A DNA stretch of 64,000 bases. Source: a bacterium (lineage in GTDB: Bacteria > Bacteroidota > Ignavibacteria > Kapaibacteriales > UBA2268). The notes below the pieces were generated by a model. That model searched no databases. It was given only the letters and a program-made list of their open reading frames with translations, and had not been told where the DNA came from. The DNA is taken from contig JANJTB010000039.1 of NCBI GenBank assembly GCA_024711295.1, forward strand, positions 8,319-72,318, written 5' to 3'. A program made the position numbers and the translations under genes. Below are positions 12,901 through 21,173 of the stretch, piece after piece (position 1 is the stretch's first letter; the number at the start of each line of letters is the position of its first letter).

Positions 12901-15203
12901 ACTTCTCACCAAGCTTAGTAGGTGCAGGTACTTACACAGTTACTTACACAGTTACTAACGGTACATGTATGGCTTACGAAACTAAGACAATCGTAGTTGA
13001 TGAGCAACCAGTTATCTCCTGGACAGCTACATACGGTCCATACTGTGAAAGTGATGAAAATTCATACGAACTTTCAGCTTATCATACAGTAGGATTCGGC
13101 GAGTACTTAGGTGCAGGTGTATCCGGTGGATACTTCTATCCTGGCGAAGCGGGTGCAGGTACACACGTAATTACTTACACAGTAACTAACGGTACATGCT
13201 CAGTTTACGAAACTAAGACAATCGTAGTTGACGCGCAACCAGTTATTTCCTGGACAGCTACATACGGTCCATACTGCGAAAGTGACGAGTCAATGTATCA
13301 ATTCAATGCTCAGGCATCAATTGGTACTGGCGAGTACACAGGTACAGGCGTATCCGGTGGATACTTCTCACCAAGCGTAGCAGGTGCAGGTACTTACACA
13401 GTTACTTACACAGTAACTAACGGTACATGTATGGCTTACGAAACTAAGACAATCGTAGTTGACGAGCAACCAGTTATTTCCTGGACAGCTACATACGGTC
13501 CATACTGTATTGACGACACCGATGGTTATACTCTTGGTGCATCAGCAACAGTAGGCATTGGAGCATATTCAGGAAATGGCGGAGTATCAGGTGGTACATT
13601 CACTCCAAGTATTGCGGGTGTTGGTACTCATACCATTACTTACACAGTAACTAATGGTACATGCTCTGATTACGAAACTAAGACAATCGTTGTTAATCCA
13701 TTACCAACAGTAAGTGCAGGAACTTATGCTGCAGTTTGTCAAAACACAGCAACATTCACACTTACAGCAGGTACACCTTCCGGTGGTACTTACTCAGGTA
13801 ACGGCGTAGTATCGAATACATTCAACCCGGCTTCTGCAGGCGTTGGTGTACATACATTAACTTACGTTTACACAGATGAAGCAACAGGTTGTACAAACTC
13901 TGCAACAACAACAATCACTGTAAATGCTCTAATTACAGCAAATGCAGGTGCAGATGATGATGCAGAACCGAACGAACTTACATTTACATTGAACGCGAAT
14001 GTTCCTACTCCTGGCACTGGTTTGTGGACAGTTGTTTCTAGCCCTGCTAACTCAAATGTTAACTTTACCGATGCAACACTCTACAACACATTCGTTGAAG
14101 TAGATAAGTCAGGTGATTACACATTCCGTTGGACAATTACAAATGGTGCTTGTTCAAGCTTTGATGATGTAGTAATTAGCTTTGATGCCGGTGCAGTACC
14201 AACTAAATTGGCATTCAACTTTATACCTACACAGGTATCAGGACAAACATTCAGTCTTAATGTAAGAGTTCTCGACCAAAACGACAACATGATTAATACT
14301 CCAAATGCTGTTACATTTACAGTTACAGTTTATGAAGGTGATGCTACATTCTCAAGTACAGTTACAGGTGTTATTGCTGCAAATACAAGCAATAAGTCAG
14401 TTTCAGTTACTTTGAATGCAGATAATCCTAACGTAGGTGCAGCTGATATTCAATTGTTGGCAACAGACGACGCTAACTTACTTGAAGATGGATTCAGCAA
14501 TTGGTTTAACCTTGTTGCTACAATACCAACAACACAAGCTTCAAGTCTTACAATAGTCAGAGGTAGTACTTCATTTGATCTATCATGGTTAAGAGGTAAC
14601 GGTGACGGTGTAATCGTACTTGCTCAGAAGAGTGCATTCACAGTTGCAAATAATCAACCTCAACAGGGTATTTCATATAATAACGAATCTAACTATGGTG
14701 TGGCTGGTAATCTTGTTACAACCGGTATTTATGCAACTTACAGCGGCACAGGTACATCATTCACTTTGGGTAACCTACAAAATGACGGTGTTCGTTATGC
14801 TGTTAAAGTTATGGAATATAAGAGCAGTGGTGTATTGAGATCATACAACCGTACAAATGCTGCAAGTAATTCAAACAACCGTTCTTCAACTACATTGAAG
14901 GGTGGCGTAAATGAGGAATTACCATTTGTTGGTGAAAATATCTTAAGTTCATCATTCATTACTCCTAACCCTGCACGTGACTATATCTCTCTTACAGTTG
15001 ACCTTACTCAGGAAGCTGAATTGAGAATAGCTGTTTACACTGCAGATGGTAAAGAAGTATTGTTACCTGTTAACAACCTCAACTACAACTCAGGTCGTCA
15101 TAACTTCAATATACCGCTTAAGGGCTTGGCAGCAGGTGTTTACTCTGTTGTAATCACTACCGGTAACGAACTTATCATGGACAACGTTGTGGTAATGCCA
15201 TAA
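6906..15203 (+). CDS. Giant (2765 aa) T9SS-secreted repeat surface protein / adhesin-like
   Basis: Signal peptide; FN3-like N-terminal domains; about 7 G.G.WT...GP...YTF.WTI repeats and 18 GG.YSG.GV...F.P...G.GTYT.TY repeats; C-terminal T9SS type A CTD (ITPNPARD...GLAAGVYSVVI). Confidence 0.9.
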   Translation: MKRFISFLIVGVLATLLSINEVFALPPSTQAYNVTFTTLANGKLRVIATKGNGTHRAIAIEQGATVTGLPSGTYTGDADYLNAPDIDGAGAGLARIVYFGTDRRVDIENLTPGTQYTVKVFEYNVDGYNVADATNNPRSYTTLPAAPALTAATAITSSGFTINWNDPAGTWDGFEITVGLTSNFSSWAAGWNPYSVGAAVNSQAFTGNTNTTYFYRIRSTLGSARSAWNTAATSVTTYPVTATLAEASGAVCLGNSYYLTPTGPTPGDGTNEHKFKVYDSGNNLVNLGGFAYTVIPLTPLSVGTYTYTVATVSNKTGEETPERTTFILYVNEPGTTAVVGDIADICALGTYTLTLTGIQPVNGEGTWTYSGPEGAIIADDNLFNSEVELVNYGVYSFTWTITSEGCNTTSDEVTFNYYATPDLAVAGDDDYYCGLTGLLDGNDPVNGEGTWTYSGPGTITFVDDNLYNTEFTASTYGIYTFTWTIANGTCTPNSDEVVLTIDQEPTEAVAGEDDGICVPTGTTTITYTLAATPVTVGSGEWTAVGGATFDDETSPNAVVTVPTVGTYTLTWTTYSPYYDDESESSCQPSSSEVVLVFSPAIDQAEINETTVLESIECGDLDVQLIANDPAVGNGLWTVSGPQGATYELFFEDFSDAIFVTDTYGTYTLTWTISDPNGVCEDTYEAITFELAPVPDPAIIPNKTEVNFACGKTTTLVAQEVNVGTGTWTVNEETAPEGAQFSFTTNINANTVTFVTDTYGAYNFTWTVVGCTPNNSDNITVTFYNEMAGWTAGEDQTACLGVDLPMTGSTNPTVYTEGIGNPVPNGEWIKVSGPFGVVDFTPDRFTYNATADFPAIGTYVLEWRGYNGPCVVSDTKTVVVVESEVVTFNDLEFSYCNNESNLTASLSATPTGGTFSGSGVSGDIFSPFGLNAGTYTLTYTYNQPAGCTLYDYASVVVTAPTVITWTNTYELCENEGINLTEASPSGGVYSGDGIMEIGGQYGIYPTGPGTYTITYSYENVDGCTSVAENTYVVYPLPVVSFDPETPTIVCQNSGVIDFTEFVSPMGDATCAQSDILQLINDTEVYAFTVYDGSTLSNQNCGTFDPNFEGPGTYTITYYYRDVNTCINTATHVIEVQATPDVYFNIGNEEYCVNDDTNVDLMTYISNYDLCTGGTWTFGGPGVDAQAGTFNPSMTGLTESGPVTINYTYECGFCTVEGYAEVFIEVPTAIEFGDPIFVCNTADDIVPLTGYATPTDGEFIGEGIVLEEGNYSFDPSLVQPGIHTITYTYTTFKNESEIVLCTVSSTFEIEVYALPVVEFVEAPTIVCGNTDYFSFETYVSPEPNCMPVGHEQEIPGGNGEFTYSGEFGGYCGEFNPSQVGVGTYTVTYTYTNENNCTDFATHEFEVVAPPVVTFDGEGTPTFCTTYSDGIDLTIFASPVGGTFSGSGVQGDFFTPSSVGVAGTYTLTYTVTDQLTGCTNFDEMEFVLVAPTPITWTNTYEVCANGSVIELSGDALPVGGTYSGTNVSGGNFDPTGLSVGQYTITYTYDNDYCVTTATKIVYVRQNPDISWPDYPNNNTFCVQSTSVDIRNATPSGGSFTIIPNLGLEITGNPFDPSAVGVGTYTLTYTYINVFGCVDVETKVISIIDEPTSVAFSNPEGSFCNDDETGFDLTTLASPAGGTFAGAGVEGTTFSPFGLNAGTYTLTYSLTHACGDYFDTAEFIVVAPATIVWELNTATVCATETSFDIGGATPTGGTYNGGSIILDGTTFNPSTASVGLHVFTYTYVDGPCESVATLEVEVVPAPVVTWTQTFADYYCANDNSGIALTGAPANGQYTVEPSTNALSLGTFTPSMAEAGTYTITYTVTIGSCSDYATQTIVVAPLPEVSAGVYENVCITASSFTLTAGTPEGGNYSGNGVLSNVFNPASAGVGIHTLTYTYQDPVTLCYNSATTTIQVDEQPVISWTATYGPYCESDESTYQFNAQASIGIGEYSGPGVDGGYFSPSLVGAGTYTVTYTVTNGTCMAYETKTIVVDEQPVISWTATYGPYCESDENSYELSAYHTVGFGEYLGAGVSGGYFYPGEAGAGTHVITYTVTNGTCSVYETKTIVVDAQPVISWTATYGPYCESDESMYQFNAQASIGTGEYTGTGVSGGYFSPSVAGAGTYTVTYTVTNGTCMAYETKTIVVDEQPVISWTATYGPYCIDDTDGYTLGASATVGIGAYSGNGGVSGGTFTPSIAGVGTHTITYTVTNGTCSDYETKTIVVNPLPTVSAGTYAAVCQNTATFTLTAGTPSGGTYSGNGVVSNTFNPASAGVGVHTLTYVYTDEATGCTNSATTTITVNALITANAGADDDAEPNELTFTLNANVPTPGTGLWTVVSSPANSNVNFTDATLYNTFVEVDKSGDYTFRWTITNGACSSFDDVVISFDAGAVPTKLAFNFIPTQVSGQTFSLNVRVLDQNDNMINTPNAVTFTVTVYEGDATFSSTVTGVIAANTSNKSVSVTLNADNPNVGAADIQLLATDDANLLEDGFSNWFNLVATIPTTQASSLTIVRGSTSFDLSWLRGNGDGVIVLAQKSAFTVANNQPQQGISYNNESNYGVAGNLVTTGIYATYSGTGTSFTLGNLQNDGVRYAVKVMEYKSSGVLRSYNRTNAASNSNNRSSTTLKGGVNEELPFVGENILSSSFITPNPARDYISLTVDLTQEAELRIAVYTADGKEVLLPVNNLNYNSGRHNFNIPLKGLAAGVYSVVITTGNELIMDNVVVMP
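12768..13694 (+). repeat. Four tandem in-frame 231-bp (77-aa) repeats inside the giant gene
   Basis: Units start at 12768, 12999, 13230 and 13461, each containing caaccagttat(c/t)tcctggacagc(a/t)acatacggtccatactg; units 1 and 3 are near-identical. Confidence 0.95.
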
Positions 15204-15240
15204 TTTCCGAATCAGTTTAACTGATTAGTCAACAACAATT

Positions 15241-15279
15241 GCGGGCTTTACTCATTGAGTAGAGCCCGCTTTTATTTTT
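15241..15279 (+). terminator. Intrinsic terminator after the giant gene
   Basis: GCGGGCTTTACTCA-t-TGAGTAGAGCCCGC followed by TTTTATTTTT. Confidence 0.85.
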
Positions 15280-15347
15280 GGGAAAATCAAATAAAAAAAA
15301 GTTATAATATTCTATAACTTTTGAATTATTCATATATAAAAATTCTT

Positions 15348-16934
15348 ATGATGAAGAAAATCACTTTTATCATAGCTCTCTTTATTTGCTTTATCTCCTT
15401 TGCTTACTCAAGTGATAAGGATAAATTAATCGAGTTTCAGGCACAGAAATTTAAGTATATGCTCGAGGTTGCAAGTCAGAATTATCCGGATTCTCTTGAT
15501 ATAACTGCTATCAGTGATAAAGCTTTTGCTGCATTAATGCAGGCAGTTGACAAGGAATCTTTCTATTACAACAAACCAAACATGAAACTTGTCACAGAAA
15601 GCAATAAAGGTGTAAGCTACGGAATAGGTGCGGAGCTGGTCAGTGTAAGGGATTCACTTTATATTATTCAGATATTCCCTAATACACCTGCGTACGAAGC
15701 AAATCTTGAAGTAGGAGATATAGTATTGTCTGTTGACGGCAGGTCAACATTAAAGATGATGAAAGTTGATGCAGATAAACTTGTATCCGGAGACTCAGCC
15801 ACGAGCGTAACTCTGGAAATAAAGAATGTAATAAGCGAAAAAATAAGAAAAGTAAAGCTTATCCGAAAAGATGTACCCAACAGAAGCTTGACTACAGCAT
15901 ATTTTTATCCGAAGTCTGATATAGGTATTTTTGTTCTGAACAGATTTTCAGCAAAGGCCGCTGAGGAATTTCGACAGAAAGCAGAATTGTTTATAAGTCT
16001 AGGAATGAAACGACTAATTATTGATGTCAGGAATAATCCTGGTGGTTTCATGGTGATGGTAGATGAGATACTTGATATGCTGATTTCCGGTAACAGATTA
16101 TTGACAAAAGTAGTTTCTGGGAATAAAGAGTTTAACTCGGAAGTTTACTCGATGAATGGTGGGTTTCTCGAAAAAATTCCTGTTGTTGTGATTGTCGACG
16201 AGAACTCTGCATCAGGTAGTGAATTGTTGGCAGGTGTTGTACAGGATTACGACCGTGGAATAGTTGTTGGTAAAAGGTCTTACGGCAAAGGTTCAATCCA
16301 AAGGATATGGTCTATGAACGACTCTACAGGATTTAAGCTAACCGTAGGTAAATATTTAACTCCATCAGGCAGAGATATTCAGAAGAAAGCCGGAGAAAAT
16401 ATATCAATAGAGCCAACACTTGACACAAATATTAAGTTTGATGATATTCAAAATCAGATTAACAAATTAGGAGGTATTGCTGAAGTAAAAATATATAAAT
16501 CTACTTCAGGAAGACCGATTATCGGTGGGGGAGGAGTAACTCCTGATTATTTTGTAGATGCAGATACTCTTACTCAGTTAACCAATTTGTTGATTCGAAA
16601 AGGACTTTATTTTGAGTGGGCAATAAGCTACAAAAAAAAGCATGGAAAAGAACTAAAAGAAAAATATGGCAATGATTATTCGAAATTTAATTTAGATTTT
16701 CAGATTAATGATGAAATGTTGCGAGAATTTGCTAATTTTGCACTTCAAAATAAGGTATGGAATAATGAAATGTTTACGGCAGACAAATCTTATTTCATAA
16801 ATTATATGAAAGCGAGCATAGCAAATGTAATTTGGGGATATGATGCATTTTCGGAAGTTATGTGTATCGTGGATAAGCAAATTACAGCAGCAATAAAAAA
16901 GTTACCCGAAGCAGAACAAATGATTTACAAATAA
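15348..16934 (+). CDS. ctpA: S41 family C-terminal processing protease (PDZ plus peptidase), exported
   Basis: Signal peptide; PDZ (GIGAEL...TPAYEANLEVGDIVLSVDG); IDVRNNPGG, SASGSE (catalytic Ser), SYGKGSIQ (catalytic Lys), GGGGVTPD. Confidence 0.9.
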   Translation: MMKKITFIIALFICFISFAYSSDKDKLIEFQAQKFKYMLEVASQNYPDSLDITAISDKAFAALMQAVDKESFYYNKPNMKLVTESNKGVSYGIGAELVSVRDSLYIIQIFPNTPAYEANLEVGDIVLSVDGRSTLKMMKVDADKLVSGDSATSVTLEIKNVISEKIRKVKLIRKDVPNRSLTTAYFYPKSDIGIFVLNRFSAKAAEEFRQKAELFISLGMKRLIIDVRNNPGGFMVMVDEILDMLISGNRLLTKVVSGNKEFNSEVYSMNGGFLEKIPVVVIVDENSASGSELLAGVVQDYDRGIVVGKRSYGKGSIQRIWSMNDSTGFKLTVGKYLTPSGRDIQKKAGENISIEPTLDTNIKFDDIQNQINKLGGIAEVKIYKSTSGRPIIGGGGVTPDYFVDADTLTQLTNLLIRKGLYFEWAISYKKKHGKELKEKYGNDYSKFNLDFQINDEMLREFANFALQNKVWNNEMFTADKSYFINYMKASIANVIWGYDAFSEVMCIVDKQITAAIKKLPEAEQMIYK

Positions 16935-16953
16935 AGATATTTTGGAGAATATA

Positions 16954-17796
16954 ATGAGTACAACAAAAAAAATTATATTATGGGTTGCAGCAATTGTTTT
17001 AATGGTAGTCATAGTGATATATCAGCGAGCAACTGGCCCGACATACCCGCAAAAAGGTTCAATGGAACTTAGTGGATCGGAGATAAATTATAAATTGCTT
17101 CGGTCCCACGAAATAGGAATGAATGCACCTGTAGAGGTTGTTGCTCCTGATAAAGCGGTTATTGGCAAAATTAAAATTAAAAGGTATAAAAGCCATGATG
17201 AATGGTCAGAACTTGATATGATTCGCGAAGGTGATTTGTTGAAATCTGAACTTCCTGAGCAGTTGCCTGCAGGTAAAGTAATGTACCACATTTTTGTTGG
17301 CAAGGATGATAATAACTTAACAGCACTTACCCCTGAGCCTATAGTTCTAAGATACAAAGGTGTTGTACCGTTATGGATTTTGTACCCTCACATTGGATTT
17401 ATGATTTTATCATTTGCTTTTGCTATGCGTGTTGCTTTGGAAGCTGCATTCAAAGGCAGTGAGGTGCTAAAAATGTCTTATATTACATTGGGATTATTTG
17501 CATTTGGTGGATTAGTTCTCGGACCATTGGTACAGTGGTACGCATTTGGTGCTTTTTGGACTGGTTGGCCATTTGGAAAAACTATCTTACATTTTGGTGA
17601 TTTGACTGATAACAAAACACTTGCTTCAATTTTAATCTGGATATTTGCAATTATTCGTATCAAAAAGCATCCTAATCAAACATGGTGGGCTTGGTTGGCT
17701 ACACTTGTAATGATAGCAGTATATCTTATCCCGCATAGCATGTTAGGCTCGGAAATTGATTTCAGAGAAGTTGAAGCTCAAACAGGAGTAAACTAA
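16954..17796 (+). CDS. Uncharacterised multi-pass membrane protein
   Basis: N-terminal TM, about 110-aa soluble beta-rich domain, then about 4 TM helices; GGAG SD before ATG 16954. Confidence 0.7.
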   Translation: MSTTKKIILWVAAIVLMVVIVIYQRATGPTYPQKGSMELSGSEINYKLLRSHEIGMNAPVEVVAPDKAVIGKIKIKRYKSHDEWSELDMIREGDLLKSELPEQLPAGKVMYHIFVGKDDNNLTALTPEPIVLRYKGVVPLWILYPHIGFMILSFAFAMRVALEAAFKGSEVLKMSYITLGLFAFGGLVLGPLVQWYAFGAFWTGWPFGKTILHFGDLTDNKTLASILIWIFAIIRIKKHPNQTWWAWLATLVMIAVYLIPHSMLGSEIDFREVEAQTGVN

Positions 17797-17798
17797 TA

Positions 17799-18941
17799 AT
17801 GGAATTCTTCAAATATTATAATCCAACCAGAATAATTTTCGGTAAAAATACTATTTCTGAAATTGGAGAATACATCAAAGAGTATGGATATAATAAAGTA
17901 CTTATTCTATATGGTGGCGGCTCAATTTTTAGTAATGGAGTATATTCTGAAGTGTCAAAGTCCTTGCAACTCAATGATATTATTTCTGTCGAATTCGGGG
18001 GAGTACAGCCAAATCCTACTCTCGATCATGCAAGAGCAGCAATCAGAATTATTAAGGATAATAATATACAGGCAATTTTAGCTGTTGGAGGTGGTTCTGT
18101 AATTGATGAGGCTAAATCTATTGCTGCAGGTTGTTATGTTGATGATGTTTGGAATATCTTTGAGAAAACTGAATCAGTAAAGAAAGCTTTACCTTTATTT
18201 ACCGTTCTGACATTATCTGCAACCGGTACCGAAATGAATTCATTTGCAGTATTGTCTAATACTGAACAAAAGAAGAAATGGGCGTTTGGATCACCATTCT
18301 CATATCCACTTGTATCAATCATTGATCCTCAGGTTCAGATGACGCTCCCATGGCGTCAGACTGTGAATGGTGGTGTGGATGCTTTATCTCATATTATGGA
18401 ATTGTATTTCGCCGGTGATTCGGCAGAGGCAACACTTTCTATCAATGAAGCGCTTATGCGAACTGTAATCAAGTCAGTTGACGAACTTCAAAAGGACCCA
18501 AATGATTATGATTCAAGAGCAAATCTTGCATGGTCAGCTTCTCTGGCTCTTTCTGGATTAACTGCTGTCGGGATGAATGGTGGTGAGTGGAGCGTACACA
18601 GAATTGAACATTCAATAAGTGCTTATTACCCAAATGTTGCTCACGCCGAAGGTTTAGCTGTAATTTTTCCGGCATGGATGAAATACGTTAATAAACAAAA
18701 CTCAGAAAGATTTGAAAGATGGGCTAAGAATGTTTTTGGAGTAGATTCAATAAATGAAGGAATTGATGCCTTGATAAATACATTCAAAAGGTGGGGTGCT
18801 CCTACATCACTTGCCGATCTCAATGTACCATCTGAAATGATCGAACAAATCGCTCAAAATTCAATGCTTCTTGGAATAGTTGGGAATAAACATAAAATCG
18901 ATCTTGATGCCTCCAGAAGTATTCTTAACCTTGCATTATAA
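17799..18941 (+). CDS. Iron-containing alcohol dehydrogenase (butanol dehydrogenase/YqhD-like)
   Basis: YNPTRIIFGK, LYGGGS, GGVQPNP, AVGGGSVID, TLSATGTEMN, DALSH, HRIEH, HAEGLA. Confidence 0.92.
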   Translation: MEFFKYYNPTRIIFGKNTISEIGEYIKEYGYNKVLILYGGGSIFSNGVYSEVSKSLQLNDIISVEFGGVQPNPTLDHARAAIRIIKDNNIQAILAVGGGSVIDEAKSIAAGCYVDDVWNIFEKTESVKKALPLFTVLTLSATGTEMNSFAVLSNTEQKKKWAFGSPFSYPLVSIIDPQVQMTLPWRQTVNGGVDALSHIMELYFAGDSAEATLSINEALMRTVIKSVDELQKDPNDYDSRANLAWSASLALSGLTAVGMNGGEWSVHRIEHSISAYYPNVAHAEGLAVIFPAWMKYVNKQNSERFERWAKNVFGVDSINEGIDALINTFKRWGAPTSLADLNVPSEMIEQIAQNSMLLGIVGNKHKIDLDASRSILNLAL

Positions 18942-18948
18942 TTTGATC

Positions 18949-18974
18949 AAAGGGCTGATTTTTCAGCCCTTTTT
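18949..18974. terminator. Bidirectional terminator overlapping the stop of the BtuF-like gene
   Basis: AAAGGGCTGA-tttt-TCAGCCCTTT between convergent genes. Confidence 0.8.
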
Positions 18975-19778
18975 CTTATCGTTCCAATCTTTTATAATTT
19001 TACTGATTATATCTAATCCATCAGTCAAACTCGCAGGACCTGGTTGTAAAATGATTGCAGAGTCAATTTCATGAATCTCGTTGTGAATTACTGCAGTAAG
19101 ATCTTCCCATTTTTCTCTTTTAAGCATGGTTTTTTTTCTGAATGGCTTACCACACCATGATACAAAAATTATGTCAGGATTATGTTTTACAATTTCATTA
19201 CTATTTTCAATAATTCTATCCTTTGCAGCCTGATGAATTCTGTTCTCAGCAAAAATATCGTCTCCACCGCATACTTCAATTATTTCGCTAACCCAACAAA
19301 TACCTGAAATAATTGGATTAAACCATTCCTCAAAATATACTTTAGGTCTATAAAGGTTTTTATCGCTTAACATTTTAGTATGACTTATTTTATTGATTAA
19401 TTCCTCAACTAACATTTCTGCCTCGTTTAATTTTCCTACAACAGCTCCTAGCCTTAATATCATTGAAAGAATTCCATTGATATCCCTGTGATTAAAATTG
19501 TAATATTCAATTCCACTCTTAATCAAATCCTTAGCTATATCAGCCTGTAAGTCTGACCATCCCAAAACGATATCTGGTTTTAGATTTATGATGTTTTCAA
19601 TATTTGCATCTAAAAATCTGGATACTATTGGCTTTTCTGCTCTTGCCTGAGGAGGTCTTACAGTATATTCGGTAATTCCCACAATCAGGTCTGAAGCACC
19701 AATTGTGTAAAGAGTTTCGGTTGTCTCTTCAGTTAGGCAAACTATTCTTTTCGGCAAAGATGGTTTCAAATTAATCAT
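18963..19778 (-). CDS. Cobalamin-binding / helical-backbone (BtuF-like) substrate-binding protein
   Basis: PKRIVCLTEETTETLY...VGI...NIENIINLKPDIV, RPKVYFEEW..P, LQPGP. Confidence 0.85.
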   Translation of the reverse strand: MINLKPSLPKRIVCLTEETTETLYTIGASDLIVGITEYTVRPPQARAEKPIVSRFLDANIENIINLKPDIVLGWSDLQADIAKDLIKSGIEYYNFNHRDINGILSMILRLGAVVGKLNEAEMLVEELINKISHTKMLSDKNLYRPKVYFEEWFNPIISGICWVSEIIEVCGGDDIFAENRIHQAAKDRIIENSNEIVKHNPDIIFVSWCGKPFRKKTMLKREKWEDLTAVIHNEIHEIDSAIILQPGPASLTDGLDIISKIIKDWNDKKKG

Positions 19779-19789
19779 TTTAAATGCTT

Positions 19790-21016
19790 CTATTTAATTA
19801 ACTCTTTTATTTTAGATTGAGCTTGGTTTAATGCTTCTTGAGGTGATAGCTTGCCAAACAGCACAGTAACAGCAGCATCTTCAATTATTGCTTCAATATC
19901 AAGCCATTTAGGGTGAACAGGGGTCATTTTTGCAGACTCAAGCTGTTTTGCAAAAACAAGCCTATTCGGTTGTGATTGGTAAAATTCATCATTGAAAAAG
20001 CTTTTATCAGCAGGGAATCCTGCCTCGATTACTTCTTTACAGAATCTAAGAGAATTTTTACCATCAGTCATATATTTTACAAATTTCTTTGCTAATTCTG
20101 CGTTTTTTGATTTGCTGTTTACAGCCAAGTATTCACCACCTGCAAATGAAATACCTCTTGAGTTTGTAGAAGAAGGAACCATTGTAACAGCAAAATTCAA
20201 TTTAGGATTTTCGTTTTTAATTTTTTCCAACAACCAACCACCCGAAACCCACAAGGCAACTCTTCCTTCTACAAAAGAAGCGTCAATTTGCCTTTGTGTT
20301 TCGATTAAACCATATCTGCTAAGTTCAGCGTATTTATCGAGTGCTGCTGCATTTGCAGAACTATTTAATTGTGGAATACCAGCACTATCGAGTATTTTAC
20401 CACCAAAAGACCAGAACATTGATACTATTTTTTTATAAAGTCTGTGACGGTCAGAACCATTTGCTCCCCACCCATAAGTATTATTATTGTTTGCCAATCT
20501 TGCTAATTCAACTACATCGTCATAGCTTATATTACCAGATTCAATTTTCTTTAGACCATTTTCATTTATAAGAGATTTATTGTAGAATAATACTCTGGTA
20601 TCAACTACCCATGGTACGCAATAATACTTATTATTCCAAATTGTTGGTTCAATAGAAAAATCAACAAACTTATCAAAATGAATATCCTGGTTTGTCCATT
20701 CAGAAAGCACACCTGCAGAGCTGAATTGTGCTACCCAATCCGAACCTAATTCGATAACATCAGGAGCATTGCCTGCATTGAATGCGGCAAATAGTTTTGT
20801 CTTTCCATCATTCCAACTAAGTTCAGAAAGTTCAACTTTGCAGTTATTTTCCTTTTCGAACTCCTCTACCAATGATTTGATGATACCTTTCTGATTTGGC
20901 TCACTCCAAAAATGCCAAAATTTAATTGTTTTATCGGAAACCGACTCATCTTTTTTGTCGCATGAGTTAAGAAAAATCAATAATATCATACCAAGATATT
21001 GAAAATATCTATTCAT
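19790..21016 (-). CDS. Sugar-type ABC extracellular solute-binding lipoprotein
   Basis: Lipobox LNSC; IKFWHFW, AGNAPDV, VPWVVDTRVLFYNK, FAGGEYLAV, AKKFVKYMT. Confidence 0.88.
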   Translation of the reverse strand: MNRYFQYLGMILLIFLNSCDKKDESVSDKTIKFWHFWSEPNQKGIIKSLVEEFEKENNCKVELSELSWNDGKTKLFAAFNAGNAPDVIELGSDWVAQFSSAGVLSEWTNQDIHFDKFVDFSIEPTIWNNKYYCVPWVVDTRVLFYNKSLINENGLKKIESGNISYDDVVELARLANNNNTYGWGANGSDRHRLYKKIVSMFWSFGGKILDSAGIPQLNSSANAAALDKYAELSRYGLIETQRQIDASFVEGRVALWVSGGWLLEKIKNENPKLNFAVTMVPSSTNSRGISFAGGEYLAVNSKSKNAELAKKFVKYMTDGKNSLRFCKEVIEAGFPADKSFFNDEFYQSQPNRLVFAKQLESAKMTPVHPKWLDIEAIIEDAAVTVLFGKLSPQEALNQAQSKIKELIK

Positions 21017-21173
21017 AATTTTGACACTCCATAAAGAAAAATGTGGATTTTTAAGCTTAAATTAACTAAAAACAAATTTTTTTGATTATTTTTCGATTAT
21101 CGTTTTATATGTTTATAATAATAAGTATCTTTGCTCTTTATATTTAATCAAAAATAAAAATAAATTTTTTAAA

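Noticed and set aside
12768..13694. Tandem repeats as a CRISPR array or DGR template/variable repeats
   Set aside because: Units are 231 bp, in-frame and coding, with no spacers; differences are not adenine-specific; no cas or reverse transcriptase gene in the window.
21017..21173. Cobalamin riboswitch ahead of the SBP/BtuF-like genes
   Set aside because: The region is short and very AT-rich with no B12-box or GGGAA core.
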